A stretch of DNA of 64,000 bases from Polaromonas sp. (GTDB lineage Bacteria; Pseudomonadota; Gammaproteobacteria; Burkholderiales; Burkholderiaceae_C), in NCBI GenBank assembly GCA_028292745.1, contig JAQGLT010000056.1, positions 15,860 through 79,859 on the forward strand, in the 5' to 3' direction. This document shows positions 60,999 to 64,000 of the stretch, piece by piece. The stretch's first letter is position 1; every line of letters starts with the position of its first letter. The translations under genes were made by a program, and so were the position numbers. The notes below the pieces were generated by a model. It was not told the origin of the DNA, did not search any database, and saw nothing but the letters and a program-made list of their open reading frames with translations.

Positions 60999-61676
60999 TT
61001 AAGGCTTGCTGCCTTTTGGGAAGGGCCAGGAAGCCTGTGGGTTGATCGTGGTCTGGGCAGTAGGCGTTGAAGCAACTGCCGGCGCTTTGGCAGCAGTTTT
61101 CTTCTCGTTTTTCTCGACTTTTTCGACCTTGTCCACTTTTCCGCCTTTCTTGGCCGCAGGCTTTTTTACGGCGGCTTTGGCGGTCTCGGCTGCCTGAGTA
61201 TCTGCTTTTTTTGTGGCTGATTTTTTAGCGCTGGATTCCTTCTCTGCTGGCTTTGCAGCTGGCTGGGCAGTGATTGATTTTTCAGCAGGCGTTTTCTTGG
61301 CCGACGCCGTTACAGGCGCAGCTTTTTGGGCGGCTCCCTTTTTGGCAGGTGCTTGTCGGGCGGCCGGTTGTGGTGCCGCTGCCTTTTCAGCGACGGCTTT
61401 TTGAGCCGGTGCTTTCTTGGCTATTGCCTTGGAGGGCGCTTTTGCCGCTGCTTGCTTGGCTGCCGGCTGGGGTGCCGCAGTTTTTTCAGCTACCGCTTTT
61501 TTGGCGGGTGCTTTTTTAGCCGCCGTTTTCGCTGGCGCCGCTGCTTGCTTGGCAGCCGGCTTTGCGGACGGTGCCTTTTCAGCAGGTGCTGGTGCCGCCA
61601 CCGCCGACGTTGCTTTTTTAGCGGGTGCTTTTGCAGGAGCGGCTTTTTTTGCCGCTGGTTTTTTCGCAGTTGCCAT
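60999..61676 (-). CDS. Histone H1-like Lys/Ala/Pro-rich DNA-binding protein
   Basis: Begins MATAKKPAAKK, has repeated PAAK/AKKA units and ends INPQASWPFP. GAGGAG RBS. Confidence 0.82.
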   Translation of the reverse strand: MATAKKPAAKKAAPAKAPAKKATSAVAAPAPAEKAPSAKPAAKQAAAPAKTAAKKAPAKKAVAEKTAAPQPAAKQAAAKAPSKAIAKKAPAQKAVAEKAAAPQPAARQAPAKKGAAQKAAPVTASAKKTPAEKSITAQPAAKPAEKESSAKKSATKKADTQAAETAKAAVKKPAAKKGGKVDKVEKVEKNEKKTAAKAPAVASTPTAQTTINPQASWPFPKGSKP

Positions 61677-61882
61677 GGTTTTCTCCTCGATCAGGTTGCA
61701 AAAAGCACTTCGCTTGGATGTAGAAAGCGAAGCGATTCGCAGCATTGGGCCTTGAAAATCAGGCCCAGCGCCGCGAACACAGGAGCAACATTCCACACGC
61801 ACTGGAGCGTGCCGACATGGAATGTTGCGAATCTAAAAATCATTGTTATGTTGGCCTTGTGCTTTTTGTCAATCTTGCGCTG

Positions 61883-63043
61883 TCAATCCCAGGAAAGGGC
61901 GCCGCCAGACTGGTACTCGATCACACGGGTTTCGAAGAAATTGCGTTCTTTTTTCAAGTCGATCATTTCGCTCATCCATGGGAACGGGTTCTCTTCATTT
62001 GGAAAGAGGGTTTCTAGACCGATTTGTGTGGCGCGCCGGTTGGCGATATAGCGAAGGTAGCCCTTGAACATCGAGGCATTGAGCCCGAGCACGCCGCGTG
62101 GCATGGTGTCTTCAGCGTAACGGTATTCAAGTTCAACGGCCTTCATGAACAAAGCATTGATCTCCGCCTTGAATTCAGCCGTCCAGAGGTGCGGGTTCTC
62201 CAGCTTGAGCTGATTGATCAGGTCAATACCGAAATTACAGTGCATCGACTCATCCCGCAGGATGTACTGGTATTGCTCGGCCGCGCCAGTCATCTTGTTC
62301 TGGCGGCCCAGCGCCAGGATCTGGGTAAAGCCGACGTAGAAAAACAGACCTTCCATCAGGCAGGCAAATACGATCAGGGACTTCAGCAGGGTCTGGTCCG
62401 CCTCGGTGGTGCCTGTTTTGAAGCTGGGATCTGAAATGGCCTCGATGAAGGGAATCAGGAACTGGTCCTTGTCCTTAATGGACTGCACTTCGTTGTAAGC
62501 ATTGAAAATCTCGCCTTCGTCCAGCCCCAACGATTCAGTGATGTACTGGTAGGCGTGGGTATGGATGGCTTCCTCAAACGCCTGGCGCAGCAGGAACTGG
62601 CGGCATTCGGGTGCGGTGATGTGGCGGTAGGTGCCCAGCACGATGTTGTTGGCGGCGAGCGAGTCGGCCGTCACGAAAAAGCCCAGGTTGCGCATGACCA
62701 GGCGGCGCTCGTCGTCAGTCAGGCCGTTCGGGTCCTTCCACAGCGCGATGTCGCGCGTCATGTTGACTTCCTGCGGCATCCAGTGGTTGGCGCACGAGGC
62801 CAGGTATTTTTCCCAAGCCCATTTGTACTTGAACGGCACCAGTTGGTTGACATCGGTCTGGCCGTTGATGATGCGCTTGTCGGAAGCCTTCACCCGTTTG
62901 GCCTTGGCGGGCGCCGGGACATCCGGCAATGACTGAGGGGCACTAAAAGAGGGCGGCGGGAGGTCCGCTGAGCGGCTGGCTGGCAGGGCGCTGGAGGGAG
63001 GGGGCTGCAACGATGGTGTGACTTCTTCGTCCCAGGTCAACAT
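61883..63043 (-). CDS. nrdB: Ribonucleotide reductase class I beta subunit
   Basis: [30 protein letters not shown] and NFFETRV motifs. Confidence 0.95.
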   Translation of the reverse strand: MLTWDEEVTPSLQPPPSSALPASRSADLPPPSFSAPQSLPDVPAPAKAKRVKASDKRIINGQTDVNQLVPFKYKWAWEKYLASCANHWMPQEVNMTRDIALWKDPNGLTDDERRLVMRNLGFFVTADSLAANNIVLGTYRHITAPECRQFLLRQAFEEAIHTHAYQYITESLGLDEGEIFNAYNEVQSIKDKDQFLIPFIEAISDPSFKTGTTEADQTLLKSLIVFACLMEGLFFYVGFTQILALGRQNKMTGAAEQYQYILRDESMHCNFGIDLINQLKLENPHLWTAEFKAEINALFMKAVELEYRYAEDTMPRGVLGLNASMFKGYLRYIANRRATQIGLETLFPNEENPFPWMSEMIDLKKERNFFETRVIEYQSGGALSWD

Positions 63044-63201
63044 AGAGAATTCCAATACTTCGGGATTATGAAAGGAGCGATGAAAAATGAAAAGTGCTCA
63101 TTCGCATCGCCACGGATTTTGTTGCTCGATTGCATCGAGTTTTTGCCTCAGGCAGTCAGCAAATCGCGCCAAGAATTTCGCATGGCACGATCGACTGATT
63201 T

Positions 63202-64000
63202 TTACTGGCAAGCCTCGCATCCCGGGTCGTCGATCGCACAGAATTTAATGTCGGTTGCAGGCGATGCATGCATCTGAGCCTGCGCCGCGGCGGCCGCCTT
63301 TTCCAGCGCGCTCAGCCCCACCACCGCCGTTTCCGGGCCTGATGACACCGAGTTCATCTTGCCTGCCTTCACGGTTGACTTCTCAGCGTGCGTGGCACTC
63401 ATGGTACGCAGGTAGTAAGTGGTTTTGAGGCCGCGCAGCCAGGCCAGTTTATAGGTCTCGTCGAGTTTTTTGCCTGAGGCGCCGGCCATGTAGATGTTGA
63501 GTGACTGTGCCTGGTCAATCCATTTCTGGCGGCGGGCGCCGGCTTCGACAAGCCAGGACGTCTCCACTTCAAAAGCGGTGGCGTACAAAGCCTTGATGTC
63601 ATTCGGAACCCGGTCGATCGGACGCAGTGAGCCATCGAAGTGCTTGAGGTCAACCACCATCACGTCATCCCACAGGCCCAGGCGTTTCAGGTCGCGGACC
63701 AGGTAGCCATTGATGACGGTGAATTCGCCGGACAGGTTGGATTTGACCGAAAGGTTGCCGAAACAAGGCTCGATGCAGGCATCGACACCAATGATGTTGG
63801 AAATCGTCGCGGTGGGCGCGATTGCAACGCAATTGGAGTTGCGCATGCCGTCCCTGGCGATCTTCTGGCGCAGCGCGTCCCAGTCGAGGGTGGCAGAACG
63901 GTCCACCTCCACATACCCACCCCGCTCCTCGGCCAGCATGTCCAGCGTGTCCAGCGGCAAGATGCCCTGATCCCAGAGCGAACCCTTGTAGCTTTCGTAC
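63202..64000 (-). CDS. nrdA: Ribonucleotide reductase class I alpha subunit, C-terminal part
   Basis: [29 protein letters not shown] and C-terminal CEACQ. Confidence 0.95.
   Translation of the reverse strand, partial: YESYKGSLWDQGILPLDTLDMLAEERGGYVEVDRSATLDWDALRQKIARDGMRNSNCVAIAPTATISNIIGVDACIEPCFGNLSVKSNLSGEFTVINGYLVRDLKRLGLWDDVMVVDLKHFDGSLRPIDRVPNDIKALYATAFEVETSWLVEAGARRQKWIDQAQSLNIYMAGASGKKLDETYKLAWLRGLKTTYYLRTMSATHAEKSTVKAGKMNSVSSGPETAVVGLSALEKAAAAAQAQMHASPATDIKFCAIDDPGCEACQ

Overview
A core-genome region from a GC-rich betaproteobacterium; gene content and protein style suggest Comamonadaceae, probably Polaromonas-like (inference). It holds a TRAP transporter, pyrC, htpX, a ProQ-family gene, cysK, RNase P RNA, an IscR-like/NhaR-like regulator pair, dapF-DUF484-xerC, rlmI, cobW-dksA, the dcw cluster (mraZ to lpxC), ruvC, mtgA, aroE, an RNase II-family gene, rodA, tldD, DAHP synthase, mpl, accBC, prmA and nrdAB. 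I saw no prophage, CRISPR array or intact mobile element, only one decayed IS5-family remnant. Four signals are not explained by the gene list. (1) A ~41-65 bp double-palindrome motif, GCTAY-N7-RKAGC-N5-GCGC-N11-GCGC plus a tail, occurs 11 times with fixed spacing, and six copies lie in frame inside genes. (2) An apparently leaderless leader peptide rich in Phe/Tyr/Trp, with terminator and antiterminator, lies upstream of DAHP synthase. (3) An IscR paralog with no cysteines sits opposite an NhaR-like LysR gene. (4) Short inserts at operon junctions carry mini-ORFs that could preserve translational coupling, and a related GC-rich element is inserted in frame in prmA. All calls were made by eye, with no database searches.
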